Below, piece by piece: positions 12,872-24,180 of a stretch of 64,000 bases of DNA. Under the pieces are notes generated by a model. The model made no database searches and was not told the origin of the DNA. It worked only from the letters and a program-made list of their open reading frames with translations. This DNA is from Vicugna vicugna (Eukaryota): the NCBI GenBank assembly GCA_013265495.1, contig MU058009.1, forward strand, positions 622,001-686,000, given 5' to 3'. The translations under genes and the position numbers were made by a program. Every line of letters starts with the position of its first letter. Positions within the stretch are counted from its first letter, which is position 1.

Positions 12872-13399
12872 AGATGCACTGATTGTGCCGGAGTTGCCTT
12901 TCAAAGACTCTAGGATTCTTGCATGAGAAGCGCTCCTAGGCAGGAGGAGAGGCAAAAAGAAAGGGAGAAAACCGTGTGGCTCGAGCAGCAGAGCATGGGC
13001 TCATTAGCCTCCTCCAGACCGTCTCTAATCGCTCCCATCTCCCTGCTGGCCAGAAACAAGTCAGGGGGGAGTCAGTGCGGTAAACTTTCACCCGCAGGGA
13101 CGTGATCCCTGGAGAGACAAACACATCACGAGTGGGGAGAGTTTGCTGTTCTCTGCTGAGTCATGGGGGTGGCTCTTCTTTCTTGGAATAACCGGGAATC
13201 GTTCTCCTGGGGAAAATATTAGTGTCTTCAGCAGTGCTGTGTAAATGACCTGAAAGCCAAGGGCAATCAGCTCTGGGCAAAACCCCCGACTTAGTCGCGC
13301 CTTTCCTGACTCACGCACTCGTGGGCCACTTCCTCTGTGCCCTCGTTTGGCAACAAAGAGTCGATACACCGTTGGCGAGTCAAAGAAGGCTGGGACGTG

Positions 13400-14110
13400 A
13401 TCCGCAAGGTTGCCAACGGTAAGCCATTTAAGAAGAGGAGGACGAGCACCCAAGCACAGGGAAAAGGTTGTACGCAGACACTGAAGAGTCAAAAACACGG
13501 CAGGGTCTACAGTAGTTTGGAGGAAGGAAGTTATAAGACTTAAAACTTGATTAAGCTGTGGGTGGGCGAGGGTGAGGGCAGAGTGAAGGGTGTTTCCTGG
13601 CGTCTGGGGGGGGTGTGATTGTGCCATTTCACGAACTAGGGGATTAAAGAGCAAGTCCTTTGCTTATTTCTTTCCTTTATTCTTTCAGATCTGATGATGA
13701 GCACCATTCAGAACACCTTGAATTTGATATGCCTGTGGATATTTGAGTCTGGAACAGTGAAGAGCTTTGGGATACCTCAGCACACTGATGGTCGATGAAA
13801 CCATGGGGTGGATGAGGTCACCTGGGAGAGTGGATGGAGTGGGAAGCGTCTTACCTAAGGTGGCTGAAGGACCTGCTTCTCATCCAAAGTCGGAAATGGA
13901 GAAAAGAGAAACTAAAGTCACACAATTGTTACTGGGAAGGCAACAGAATGTGTCATATCCAAAGGGTGAAGCAAGGACAAGACAAAGAACAATTGGGAAA
14001 ATCTAGGAGAGAAAGAGGCAGTTAAGTGTCTAACAGAAGAGAGAGAAGATGAGGTGGGAGGCGAAGACCTGGGCGGATGAAGTGGCTCAGTCTGTTGTTA
14101 AGGATGCTTT
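13400..14110 (-). mobile_element. L2 LINE fragments
   Basis: ttgaatttgatatgcctgtggatat..., gatgaaaccatggggtggatgaggtcacctgggagag resemble antisense L2 ORF2 region. Confidence 0.65.
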
Positions 14111-14715
14111 AGACACAAGAGCCTTCCACGTGGTGCCGGGTACACGCCTGGAAGGTGGTCACGGACACTTTGCAGAGCAGCGCTGGCTCCTTCCTAACAC
14201 TGTCAGGTGATCCCTGTGAGGCTGACTTAGAGGGACAGGCCCTCAGCTTTGTGCTCTGGTGAACGCCTTGTGCCTGCCTTGTTTTCCCCGAGATTATCAG
14301 TCTTTGGGATGCTGTTGACACAGCCGTTTGTTGACAACAAAGAGAGGAGGAGGCATGAGCTTCTTTGGCCCCCTCTGCTCGGGAGGCCACGGGCAAGCAG
14401 GACATCCCCCAGAGATACCGTACAGTGAGAGTCACCCCCTCATGGCCTGCCCAAAGCCAGTGGTGCCTCCTGGGAACAACGCATCCACATCTCAGGTGCA
14501 CCTCGCTGTCTCATGGGGGGAGGGCTCGTTTGCCAAAGTGCTCTGCCTTTGAATATGCCTCTAAGCCTTAGACTCATGACCTTTTAAGGTGCAGGGAAGG
14601 ATCAGCAATTCTAAAAGTGCCAGCGTCTTCCATCCAAGGTCCTGATGGTGCTCCAGGTACACTGGAAAAATCAACCTTCAAATCTCAGAGCTTAACCCAG
14701 TCAAAGCGAATTTGC

Positions 14716-14883
14716 CAGCGATGCCCAGGTGAAGGGCTGGTCCCTGGACCAGCAGCGCTGATGTTACCCGGGAGCTCTTTAGAATTCAGATCTCAGACCT
14801 ACCCTGTACCTACTGAATCAGGATCTCCATTTTAACAAGATCCCCCAGGGATGTGTACACACATTAGCATTTAGGAAGCACTG
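14716..14883 (+). mobile_element. MER5A-like hAT-Charlie MITE
   Basis: ggtccctggaccagcagc...cctactgaatcaggatctccattttaacaagatcccccagg...gaagcactg. Confidence 0.85.
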
Positions 14884-15889
14884 CCCTGGGTTACCAGAGT
14901 CCCCCTACCCCTCCACGGGTGAATAAGATATTTCTCAAACAAGAGAGAAGGGAAGAAATCAGATTCAGTGAAACAGAAACAGAGGAAAACAAAAAGAGAC
15001 AGTCTGACCTGCAGGGGAGACACTGAATTATACCAAACCATGGAGAGTCTGTACCTAAAATCCCAGTGCCGGGGCTCCAGGAGCGGCCTCGGTTCGCGGC
15101 CATTGCCCGGTTGAGTGAGTGGCCCCGCTCCCCGCCTGGTTCCCGGGACACAGGTGCCAGGCAGGCCGACTTCCACTTCCTCAGCTGGCCTCCTCGCTCG
15201 TCGCCGGGGTGCAGGGGTGGGGGCCCTGGTATAAAGTCTGAAAATGCAGCCCAGTTTTTTTCCCATGGGGCCCCCCAAAGCGCAAACTTCAAGGGGCTGA
15301 TTCCTGGCCCTTTATTATGCTCATTTTGGTAAAGCTGTTTGTCACCCGCACACCTACGTTCAAGGTGACTTCTGGGCTCGGCTCTCCCTGCAGGCCTGTG
15401 CTGAGTGCCACAGGGAGCAGCGTTTGGTAACACCGAGCAGGAAAGGCAGAGAGAGCAGCGTCAGCGCCTCCCGTGACTTGGAAACTGGCTTCGTCAGATG
15501 GCAGGAGAATGTGTGTTTTCATGGTGCTCACTGGGAGGCGAGGGAGCCGCTGGCGCTCAGAAGCCCTGGCACGCCCTGGCTCCCTGTCGTGGGCGAGTCT
15601 GCTGGAAGGAGCATCTGCAGGAGTGGCTCTTGGAGAACCAGGTGGGAGCGAGCGTGCAGGGGGTTTGGGCTGAGCGTGAGGGACGAAGCGGGGGCACGTC
15701 CTGTCTCGGAGGTGGGGGTGGGCGTCTCCTGGGGCAGAGCCATTTTCGACACCCATGTCTTTACCTCATGGGCCACTGAAGCCAGAAGCAGCCCAGAACA
15801 TAAATGGAGGGCGGAGGGCGGCATCACATAGCCAATCCGGCAGCATCTGATTCACAACCACTATCACCTCCTTTTTTTAAAAACAAATA

Positions 15890-16290
15890 CTCCTAGTTTC
15901 CCAGCCAATATCCATTCTCCCTGCTTTCTTACTATCCGAACTCTGATTTTATCCTGAGAAGCAAGATGCTAAGCAGAAGGGTAACGTTTTCCAGCCTCCC
16001 CTGCAAGGAGGCAAGTCCCCCGGGGTGGACCGATGGGTGGGGCTTCCAGGCGTGGCCCTCGACGGAGCTGACGCACTAGGGGCATTTCTCTTGTGTTCTT
16101 TCTCATTCTTTCAGCCTAAACAGTGATGTCTGCTTGGATCTAAGGCCAATGTGGTGTCGGCATCCCACTCTAGAGACGGTGAAGCAGGCATGTGGGAGGG
16201 CCGTGATGCCCAGATGACTGCCAGACCGGCCTGTTCCTGGACTTCAGACTGAGAAGCCACTTGTTTGAATTCTGTGTGTATGGAAAACTC
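15890..16290 (+). mobile_element. Ancient ERVL solo LTR (LTR33/LTR16-like)
   Basis: atccattctccctgctttcttactatccgaactctgattttat...ttttccagcctcccctgcaagg...ggggcttccagg...ggagctgacgcac...ctggacttc. Confidence 0.65.
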
Positions 16291-16324
16291 AGTTCCAGGT
16301 TATCTTCCTTCCTCCACGCTCCCT

Positions 16325-16710
16325 ATATTAGGTAGGGCAAGTAAATCCAGCTGCTGTAGCAAACTTCCGAGTGTCAGTAGCTCAGTCCAGCAAAAGCTTG
16401 CCATTCACATCAAGCCCAGAGAGAGCACAGTGGGTCGGCAGCAGACCTCCTGGCCCCCAGGCTTTGTGCTCCTTCCCTCGGAACTCCACACCCTCCACAC
16501 CCCCGGGACGCAGCGGATGGGGAGCGGGAGCAGGAGGGGCACGCAGGTGGATGTGTGGGCCACACCTGCACGAGGTACAGGCCACTGTCGTGGAGATCTC
16601 ATTGGCCGGGATTCCATTACCTGGCTACAGGAGGGCTGGGAAATGCCACTGCTTATGTGCTTGGGGGGAAGGCAGATGGGTTTCAGTGAATTTTCACAGT
16701 GTGCCAAGCA
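16325..16710 (-). mobile_element. ERVL-MaLR (MLT1-type) LTR
   Basis: gctgctgtagcaaac...tcagtagctca and ctcattggccggg...ggagggctgggaaatg motifs of antisense MLT1. Confidence 0.6.
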
Positions 16711-16754
16711 CACCGACTCAGGGGAAAGGAAGGCAGACTGACAGAAGGACAGAC

Positions 16755-16871
16755 AGAAAGAAAGAAAGAAAGAGAGAAAAGAAAGAGAAAAGAAAGAGAG
16801 AGAGAGGAAGAAAGGAAGAGAGAGAGAGAAAGGAAGGAAGGAAGGAAGAGAGAAAGAAAGGAAAAAGGGAA
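16755..16871. repeat. Homopurine (AAAG/AG/GGAA) microsatellite, 117 bp
   Basis: Uninterrupted A/G tract. Confidence 0.95.
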
Positions 16872-17129
16872 CGACTCTCAAATGCTCCTTTGTTCTCCAG
16901 AGATGATTCAAACATGTTTTCCGGGACCCAAAATATGCCAACGAGTAGAAAGAATGGAATCTGGCCGCCAGCTTCCCCAGTGGACGCACGTGTTAGCCAG
17001 CCTCCCCTTCCTCCAGGAGGGCTCTGTGCAGAGCAGCGTGGTTACATCCCAGGGGCCGGAAGGCTGCCTCTGGAAGCCAGCGGGGATTCACAGCGTGCAG
17101 GTCAGACAGGGAGTGGCTGCCCTGCCAGC

Positions 17130-17345
17130 GAGGGTACTGGCTCAGACATCGGGTAGATCTCACTGGAATCCGGACCCTTTTCTGTGGCTGCCCCTGTGGC
17201 TGGCCGTGAGTAAGCAGCCTCCCTTTTCTGAACTTTGGTTTCCCTGTTTCCTCATCGTCAAGGCAGAAACAACAACCGCTCTCTGAGTTTCTCCGTCTCT
17301 CTCTTCTAAGAATGAGAGGTGATGCATAAAGCACCTGCTCGGGGC
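17130..17345 (+). mobile_element. MIR SINE
   Basis: tctgaactttggtttccctgtttcctcatcgtcaagg...gatgcataaagcacctg. Confidence 0.65.
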
Positions 17346-17607
17346 AGAGGCTGGGGGGCTGACAGCTGTCCTTTTCACCCACTTCAGCTTCTCTTTGATC
17401 GGCTCCCTTTTATCTGTGGGGCCAGACTTCATAGTTTAGGGTGTGAGACTTCTCTCTGCCTCAAATCTGCGTTTGCAGCATCATCTCCTGCCGTGGACCC
17501 AACTGCCACCAGATTTCTGCTTCACACTTGAACCTCAACTGTTCTGTAGAATTTCCTGACCCTTGTACAACTTGATGCCTTTTACACATTGTTCTCTTTA
17601 CTTCTAA

Positions 17608-17795
17608 CATGGGTCTCTCAACCTCCGCACCACTGTCATTTGGCCTGGATAGCTGCGTGCTGGGGACTGTTCTGCACGTTCTTTACCCAATAGGGGCCAG
17701 AAGCACCCCTGCCCTGAGTCACAACAACCAACTTGTCTCCAGACATTGCCCATTGTCCCAGAGAGAAAACATCACCTCCAGGGGAGAGTCTTGGT
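17608..17795 (-). mobile_element. MER20 hAT-Charlie MITE
   Basis: tctcaacctccgcaccactgtcatttggcctggata...ttgtctccagacattgcccattgtccc = reverse-complement MER20. Confidence 0.85.
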
Positions 17796-17799
17796 TCTA

Positions 17800-18110
17800 A
17801 AGCCTTTCACTCCCTTCTGACTGGTAAACTCCTACTCATCCTTCAGTGCCCATCTATCATGTCACTGCCCCTGGAATGCCTTCCCGGTCTTCTCCAGAAA
17901 GGATGGGAAATTAACTGCTGTGTCTTCTGCCCTCTCTCTGTATTTTTGTATTGGCATTTGCTTCCGTTCTTATAGCTTGTTTGTCCACTAGACTTAGTGC
18001 TGATTGAGGGGACCTGCCTTCTTCACCTTTTGTTCCCCAGCACAGTGTTTAGCACAGAGTAAAACTTTTTTTTAAGTTAATGAATCAATCAATGACTCCT
18101 GAGTGAATAA
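17800..18110 (+). mobile_element. L2 LINE 3' end
   Basis: aactcctactcatccttcag...tccccagcacagtgtttagcacagagt...aatgaatcaatcaatga tail. Confidence 0.8.
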
Positions 18111-18582
18111 ATGCTCTCTCATAAGATGGATAAGTGTTTAAGGTTAATTTGAACAGTGGAACCATTCTCTGATTGAAAATAAAACTAAAAATGCAGGTGG
18201 TCCTGAGCGCTCGGGTGGGTTCACGGGGACATTTGATGGACGAGATGTGGTTCTTTCACAGCATCCCCTTTCACGGGGGCAATGGAAAGGCAGCCAGGAT
18301 GTTGGGCAGGAGGGACGGATGGGATGACCACGGGGCCTGGGAAAGACACAGGAATCTGGAGAAATTCTGGGGAAACTTCATCTACTTTGGGCATAGAAAA
18401 CACAAGTGTGTGAAATGGTGAAGCTACAAAACAGGTGTCAGTAAGGTCCAAATGAGCCACTTTGGGAACAGTATAGTTCACAGGACCAGTATAGGGTTGT
18501 CCTGTGGGGCTGGATCTGTTGGAAAGAGAAAGACCTGGCTACCTCTTTGTCCATATCTGTTACCATGACAACACATGTCCTG

Positions 18583-18972
18583 CACTGGTCCTCCTTGCTG
18601 TTTCTCAGCACTCAGTGTGCTCTCACCTCAGGGCCTTTGCACCTGCTTCTCTCACTACCTGGGATGTTTCTCCCTGGATGCCTAACTTAGTTCCTTATTT
18701 CATTCCAGTTTCTGCTCAGAGGTCAGGCCATTGGACCATCAGATCTATAATAATATCCTTTCCAGGTACTCTCTAACCCTCCCCTAGCATTATTTTTATT
18801 CATAGTACTAAATATTTACCTGCTTATTATTTATCTACCACCTCATTGAATGTAAGTTCCATGAGGACAGCGATTTTTTTTTCTATTTTATTCACCACTG
18901 TATCTTCAGTGCCTAAAACGGTGCCTGGAACATAGCAGGTGCTCAACAAAAAACTGAGAAATAAATGAGTGG
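18583..18972 (+). mobile_element. L2a LINE 3' end
   Basis: cctcagggcctttgcacctgct...gaatgtaagttccatgaggacag...gtgcctggaacatagcaggtgctcaacaaa. Confidence 0.9.
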
Positions 18973-20654
18973 AGGAGCAAGTGGATAAAGTCTGTTTTGA
19001 ATGGGCCTTGAAGCGTGGACAGAGAAGTTCTCGAAGAAGTGAGGGTGAAGCTAGCAACCGAGTATAGACAGAAGACGCTGCAAACTCTACGACCAGCCGG
19101 CCCTGCTAATCACCTCTCAAGGTGGACGATGGGGCCAGGACCGCTCCCTCAGAGGTTGGCAGACATCAGGGAGGGCAGAAGGATGTTCATTTGGCCTGCT
19201 ACCTCTGCTAAGGCAGACGTGTTAGAAAAGATAATTGCAAATATCAAGTGCCATGGAAACACTTATTAATACCAGGGGCCGCGGCTCTGACAGAGCCCGA
19301 GGCTTGCTCTGGCTCCGATGAACAGCCAGCAGTTTTGAAGCACGGCCAAAGCCCTTGGTTTCTTGGACCAAAAATCACCATCTTCAGTGCACAATGATTT
19401 AGTGCCTTCTGTCAGAGCATCTCGAACATGTCACCAACAGTCACCCTGCCCACGTCCTTGCCAGGAGGTGGCACCGAGCAGCAGGTGCTCCATCCAGCTT
19501 GTTTCTGACAAATACATTTTTGGAAACTCGTCCCCCCTTTCAGCCCCAAAAAGGGTTGGGAAGGAGGCACCAGGTGCAGGCTGGTGGTGACAGTGGCCCT
19601 CGTGTGACTGGATGGGTCAGCACGGTCTCTTCCCTGACAGCACCCCGTTGGGAGAGGCACTTGGAGGGGGTGAGTTTGCTCCGTGTGGGGCTCTGTGGGG
19701 TCCACAGCTGCTGACTCCATTTCCCAACCGGGCTGCGCTGTTCTCAGGGGAGCTGCGGCAGAGCTGGTGGGTAGGGTCACAGGAGGAAGTGATGCCACGG
19801 GGTGCCAGAAATAGGAGCCACTTAGGACAGGGGTGAGTCATACCGACCTCTCCCATTTTTCCCTGAGGAAGGAAAGGAAGAAGAAAGATGCATTCACATA
19901 GGTTCTGCACTCAGAAAACAGAAGTCTCCCAGTATTTTAGCCTTTCCCCAGGGATGCTGGTATCCTCTGTTCTTTTGCTTTAAGGGTTCGAGAGTGAGCC
20001 AATCTGTTGCCTCTCATGAAAATATTTGAGAGTTCCAGGATGGGTAACCCCTCCTCCTCCATGTCTGTTCTCAGCACATGTAGGCCATCTCTCCAATGGT
20101 CTTACAGGGCTGGGTAGCTGTGTGGCCACAGGGCTCAGCAGAGGGCCTTTAAAACTGCTCCCTGATTTGGTTTGGTCCTGGAATAGGTTACATTATTTCA
20201 GGGCACTGGCCTCTGCCCCTGTCCGTGTCTGTTCTGCACTCAGCCCAGATCAGAGGGGTTGGAAGGCGGGCTCAGGGGACTGCGGAATCAGGTGCAGGGG
20301 GACTGACTCGCCATGCTCACCACGGGGCCACACTGGCTGGCAGAAAGGCACGTTGCAATTCCTGGCACCATCTTGGTGTTAGTGTTGGAGGCCAAAGGCG
20401 GGAGTAGGAGGGAGGAGAGAATGAGGGCTCTAGGATGCAGTGGGAGCATCCTGGAAAATGGCTGAAGAGGGGATGGGTCGGTGGTTTCTCCAGCTCTCCC
20501 GAAGCACTTCTTATTCTGCACCTGCCCTCTGCCTCCTTCATCCCCAGGCCGGCCCCTTTCAGCCTGAAAACAGTCCCCTGCCCTGCCCCCTCTCCCTCTC
20601 TACCTGCTCGGAAACCCATCTCCTGCTATGCCTTTTGATGGCTTCTCCTTAGTT

Positions 20655-21155
20655 GCCACGAAGAAGTGCTCGTATCAGCAAACAGATGGCGGCTGAGGCA
20701 TGTAGCATAAAATATATTTATCAAGGCAAACAGCTGTAGCCCATTTCATTCCGCAGATTTCTATTAAAAGTTCTCCAGAGCTACAAGGCGCTGGGAGGCG
20801 GCAATCCGAAGGCGGCCCGGGGCGCGCTTTGTGCGGCTCTGCTCCCGCATCTTTCTTTGCGGGGCCTCCGAGAAAGCGCCCGGGCGCCCCTATTCTTCTT
20901 CCCCGGCTTCAGTTAAGGCTCCACAATCGGCGGCAGCCTCGCCTCTCCCGCCTCTCCGGGCGGGGGTGGGGCGCTTCCGAGGCTTCCCCCTCCCCCTTCC
21001 AGGCACCGCGACAGCCGAGGGTGGCTTGGCGACCGCGCGAGCACCTGCGCTGCGAGGGCAGCTGGCGGCCCCGGGCGCCTTCCTGTCCCGCGTCGGGCAG
21101 AGGAGCCGTCTGTTCCGTCTCCAGCCATCCTCACTCTCCCTTCCTAACTGCGTCA
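20655..21155. promoter_or_regulatory. Orphan CpG-rich island with adjacent motif block (candidate enhancer / lncRNA promoter)
   Basis: High GC and CpG density 20790-21155; GCAAACAGATG and GCAAACAGCTG upstream; GC box GGGGTGGGGC. Confidence 0.55.
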
Positions 21156-21239
21156 TGATTTTGGTTGTTTCTTTTCTTTCCTTTTTCTTTTTTTTTTTTT
21201 TAGCTGCGGGCCAGGATGCTGCTGTGGCTCCCCCTGCAT

Positions 21240-21400
21240 TGTGGTTTGGAAGAGCACTGGTCTGGGAGTTGGGAGAGCTGGGGTCTATTCCAGACGCTGC
21301 CGTTCATTTGCTTTGAACCTGGGCAACCCATTTCATTTGTCTGGGCTTTTTGTCTCTTCTTGGAGGGTGAGACTGGATAAGAGAGCAAACTCAAGTGCCT
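21240..21400 (+). mobile_element. MIR SINE
   Basis: ggaagagcactggtctgggagttgggagagctggggtctattccag...gaacctgggcaacccatttcatttgtctgggc. Confidence 0.75.
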
Positions 21401-21684
21401 TTTGGGACTGGGCAGGCAATACAGATGTGAAATGGCCAGGTGTTACAGTGCTAAGGTGCCTACTGTTGCCTTTCCAAAAGGCCTTCCCCAACACAGCAGC
21501 ACCTCAAGGCTGCGGGGGGCCGCATTTGGAACGGGGCCTCTGCTTTGAGCTCCCCCTGGACTCTGTGTCTGTCCACATGCCATCCAGTCCTAATATTCTG
21601 TTACTGTGGAGGAGAAGGCCGAACGCTGTAGAGGGCAAATGGACGTCCGTAGGCTGGCCTATACGAAAACTACTACCTTTTGCA

Positions 21685-21975
21685 TTGTTTTTTAATAGAC
21701 AGTTTTCTTAGAGCAGTTTTATGTTCACAGCAAAACTGAGGGGAAGGTCCAGAGAGCTACCATATATCCCCTGCTTCCCCCACCAGCAGTGTCCCCCTTG
21801 GCCCTGATGGCACCTTTGTTACAACAATGAACCTACACTGACACGTTGTTATCACCCAGAGTGCAGAGTGTACACGGGGTTTACTCTTGATGTTGTACAT
21901 CCTATGGGTTTGAACACGTGCAGAATGAATGTATCCACCACTATGGTATCACACGGTGCTGCCTATTCATCTCTT
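21685..21975 (-). mobile_element. L1MC-like 3' end
   Basis: ttagagcagttttatgttcacagcaaaactgag...gttacaacaatgaacctacactgacac...ttactcttgatgttgtacatcctatgggtttg. Confidence 0.88.
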
Positions 21976-22069
21976 TCGCATTTTTTTTAAAGGGGAGGCA
22001 GAGTAAGGAACCGGAAACCCTAGCTGCTCTCCCGGTCACTGTGGAGACCACCCATCATCTTGAGAAGTC

Positions 22070-22375
22070 ACGTGGTTTAGTGGATCAGAAGGAGGGACCA
22101 CGGAGGCAGACTGCCTGCACTCAGAGCCTCGTTCTGCTCCTGAACAGCTGTGTGCCCTCTCGCGGGGTAGTTAACTATGCCGCTGTTGCACCTCGGGTAG
22201 GCTGTGCAAATAGACCGCAGCTACATCTCAGTTTCCTCAACTGAAAAATGGTAGTAATCAAAGTAGCCCCTATTCATGGAGCTGTGTGAGGCTTCAATTG
22301 ATCCATGTGACTAATTCACCTGGAATTATGCCTGACGGAGAGTAAGTGCTCAATAAATGCTAATTGTTATTTATT
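22070..22375 (+). mobile_element. Near full-length MIR with internal insertion
   Basis: ggaggcagactgcctg..., ctcagtttcctcaactgaaaaatgg, gtaagtgctcaataaatgcta tail. Confidence 0.9.
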
Positions 22376-22539
22376 GAGGTGACCTTCCAGCGTTGGTGTA
22401 TTGACATAAAATGGGACAGCCCTGCAATGAGTGGTTTTCGTGGAGCGAATATTTACAAACAACTGGTGTCTGTGGCAAAGCTTGTCTCCTCCATCATAAA
22501 GAGCATCTTACAGCTCTTGCTCCCAGTCAAGACATCAAA

Positions 22540-22768
22540 CCGAAAATTCCTCTCATCTATGGCACACTTTTACACACATCATCTAATTACATTTCTTGAA
22601 GGGAAAGAGGCAATGAGTGTCTTCTTTATTTTGCAAAGGCAGAAACACAGGTTCAGAGAAATTACATAATTTGCACCAAGCCACCAGCTAGCAAGTGTCC
22701 GAGTAGGGATCTGAGTCCAGGACATTGAATCCCCTTGATAGGGGTCTCTCCTCTTCACAGGACTGCTT
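22540..22768 (-). mobile_element. MIR SINE
   Basis: attttgcaaaggcagaaacacaggttcagagaaattacataatttgcacc...agctagcaagtg. Confidence 0.75.
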
Positions 22769-22899
22769 TTCTAGATGCTACTAGTTCTTTGTGATTATGG
22801 TTAGTTGACATTATCCGTTATATCCTGGTTATAGCCAGGAGAGCTCTACTGATTTGCAGGGTTTTCAGACGTGCCCAAAACATGGTTCCAGGTGCTTGT

Positions 22900-23027
22900 C
22901 CATCACCCTGACTTCTTCACCCCAATGAAAACTTACGAATCAGGATTCCCAGAGAAGAGACCCAGTGATCTGTGTGTTTAACAAGCACCCCTCTTGAGTT
23001 TTGCAATCAGGATAGTTTGGGAGACAA
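22900..23027 (+). mobile_element. MER5-like DNA transposon fragment
   Basis: gaatcaggattcccagagaagagacccagtgatctgtgtgtttaacaagcaccc...agtttgggagac. Confidence 0.65.
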
Positions 23028-23149
23028 ACTTTGGGTCACAGAAAAAAAAAAAGCATGTATTAATCATAAAGTCCCAAAGCATGTGAAAAGCTCACTGTAA
23101 CTTTTTTCACTATCAAATATACACTTCATATCTCAACCCAGGCAAATGT

Positions 23150-23565
23150 TATCCTGAGGAAGTCATCAGAGGTGTGTGCAAAGTCAAGGCTGTTAATTGC
23201 AAAAATATTTATATAGGGCTAGCAAAACAACTGGAAATAACACAAATATCCAAAACAGAGAAAGTGTTTAAGACCTTAGACTACATCCATTAAAAGTGAT
23301 GTTCCTAAAATATATAATATAGAAAAGTGCTCAGGAAATTAGAATACAACTTTAAACAGAACTGCTGAGTTACAAAAGTATTTATATATTATGGTCCCAA
23401 ATTTGTGTGAATATACACCGTTGCAGCAAAGGCTGGAAGGAAAGGCACTGAGATGTTAACAGGGTCCATCTTTGAAAGATCAAATTACCTATGAATTTCC
23501 TCTCTGTTGTGCTTTTCTGTTTTCCAGTTTTTGCCCAAGAACAGCATTATTTTATTTTTTTTAAA
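23150..23565 (+). mobile_element. Ancient L1ME-like 3' end
   Basis: aactggaaataacacaaatatccaaaa...aggctggaaggaaaggcactgagatgttaacagggt...tgcttttctgttttccag. Confidence 0.7.
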
Positions 23566-23779
23566 AGCATGTTTTGTATTTTAGAATCCCTGTCTCAGTG
23601 TCAGCACATTTGAAAACACATCCCATGGAATTTATGGTGACTGCAAAGTGGGGCAGCCCACTCTCCCTGGGACAGAGCCCAGAATACACACAGAGACGAG
23701 AGCCGTAGCCTGCCCTGCCCCAGGCTAGGCAGGAGGGCACCGCCGGCTTCTGTTTCTCCTGGGCCAGGTTCTGTGTTCT

Positions 23780-24180
23780 TTCCATCTGGGTTGCTTTTTC
23801 ATTTGCTGCTCGCTCAAATCAGGGCAGATACCCATCTCCTCCCCTTCCTTGTTAATTAAGGAACTGAAGGAGAGAGAGGGGGGGGGAGAGAGAGGGAACC
23901 AACAACCCCCCCCATAGGACTGCAATAAAGGAGCATATGTATCAACTAAAAAAATTCCTTGGCAACAAAAGCTTTTTAATTGAACACAGTCTCTTCAGCC
24001 AACTTATGTAAATTCTATCCCAATTTTGGGCATCTATTTTGAGCACAGAGAGAAGCAGTATGAATCTTGCCCTAAAATTGTGCTCAACAGAACGGGTGAT
24101 GCCATATGGATGCCACGTTATGGGAGCCTGTCACCTGCTAACCGAGATGAGAAATTACAGGTTATAATCGCCTTCCCGCT
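23780..24180. promoter_or_regulatory. Candidate conserved non-coding element
   Basis: Repeat-free; TTAATTAA, TTAATTG, GCAATAAA, TATGTAAAT, TGTCA motifs. Confidence 0.4.

Noticed and set aside
13368..13420. Hairpin ACCGTTGGC...GCCAACGGT (possible pre-miRNA)
   Set aside because: Only 9-11 bp stem with a long unpaired loop; expected by chance in 64 kb
16371..17286. Long ORFs (261, 194 and 195 aa)
   Set aside because: Open only because they cross the stop-free purine microsatellite, an LTR and a MIR; low-complexity R/K/E or S/L/F translations
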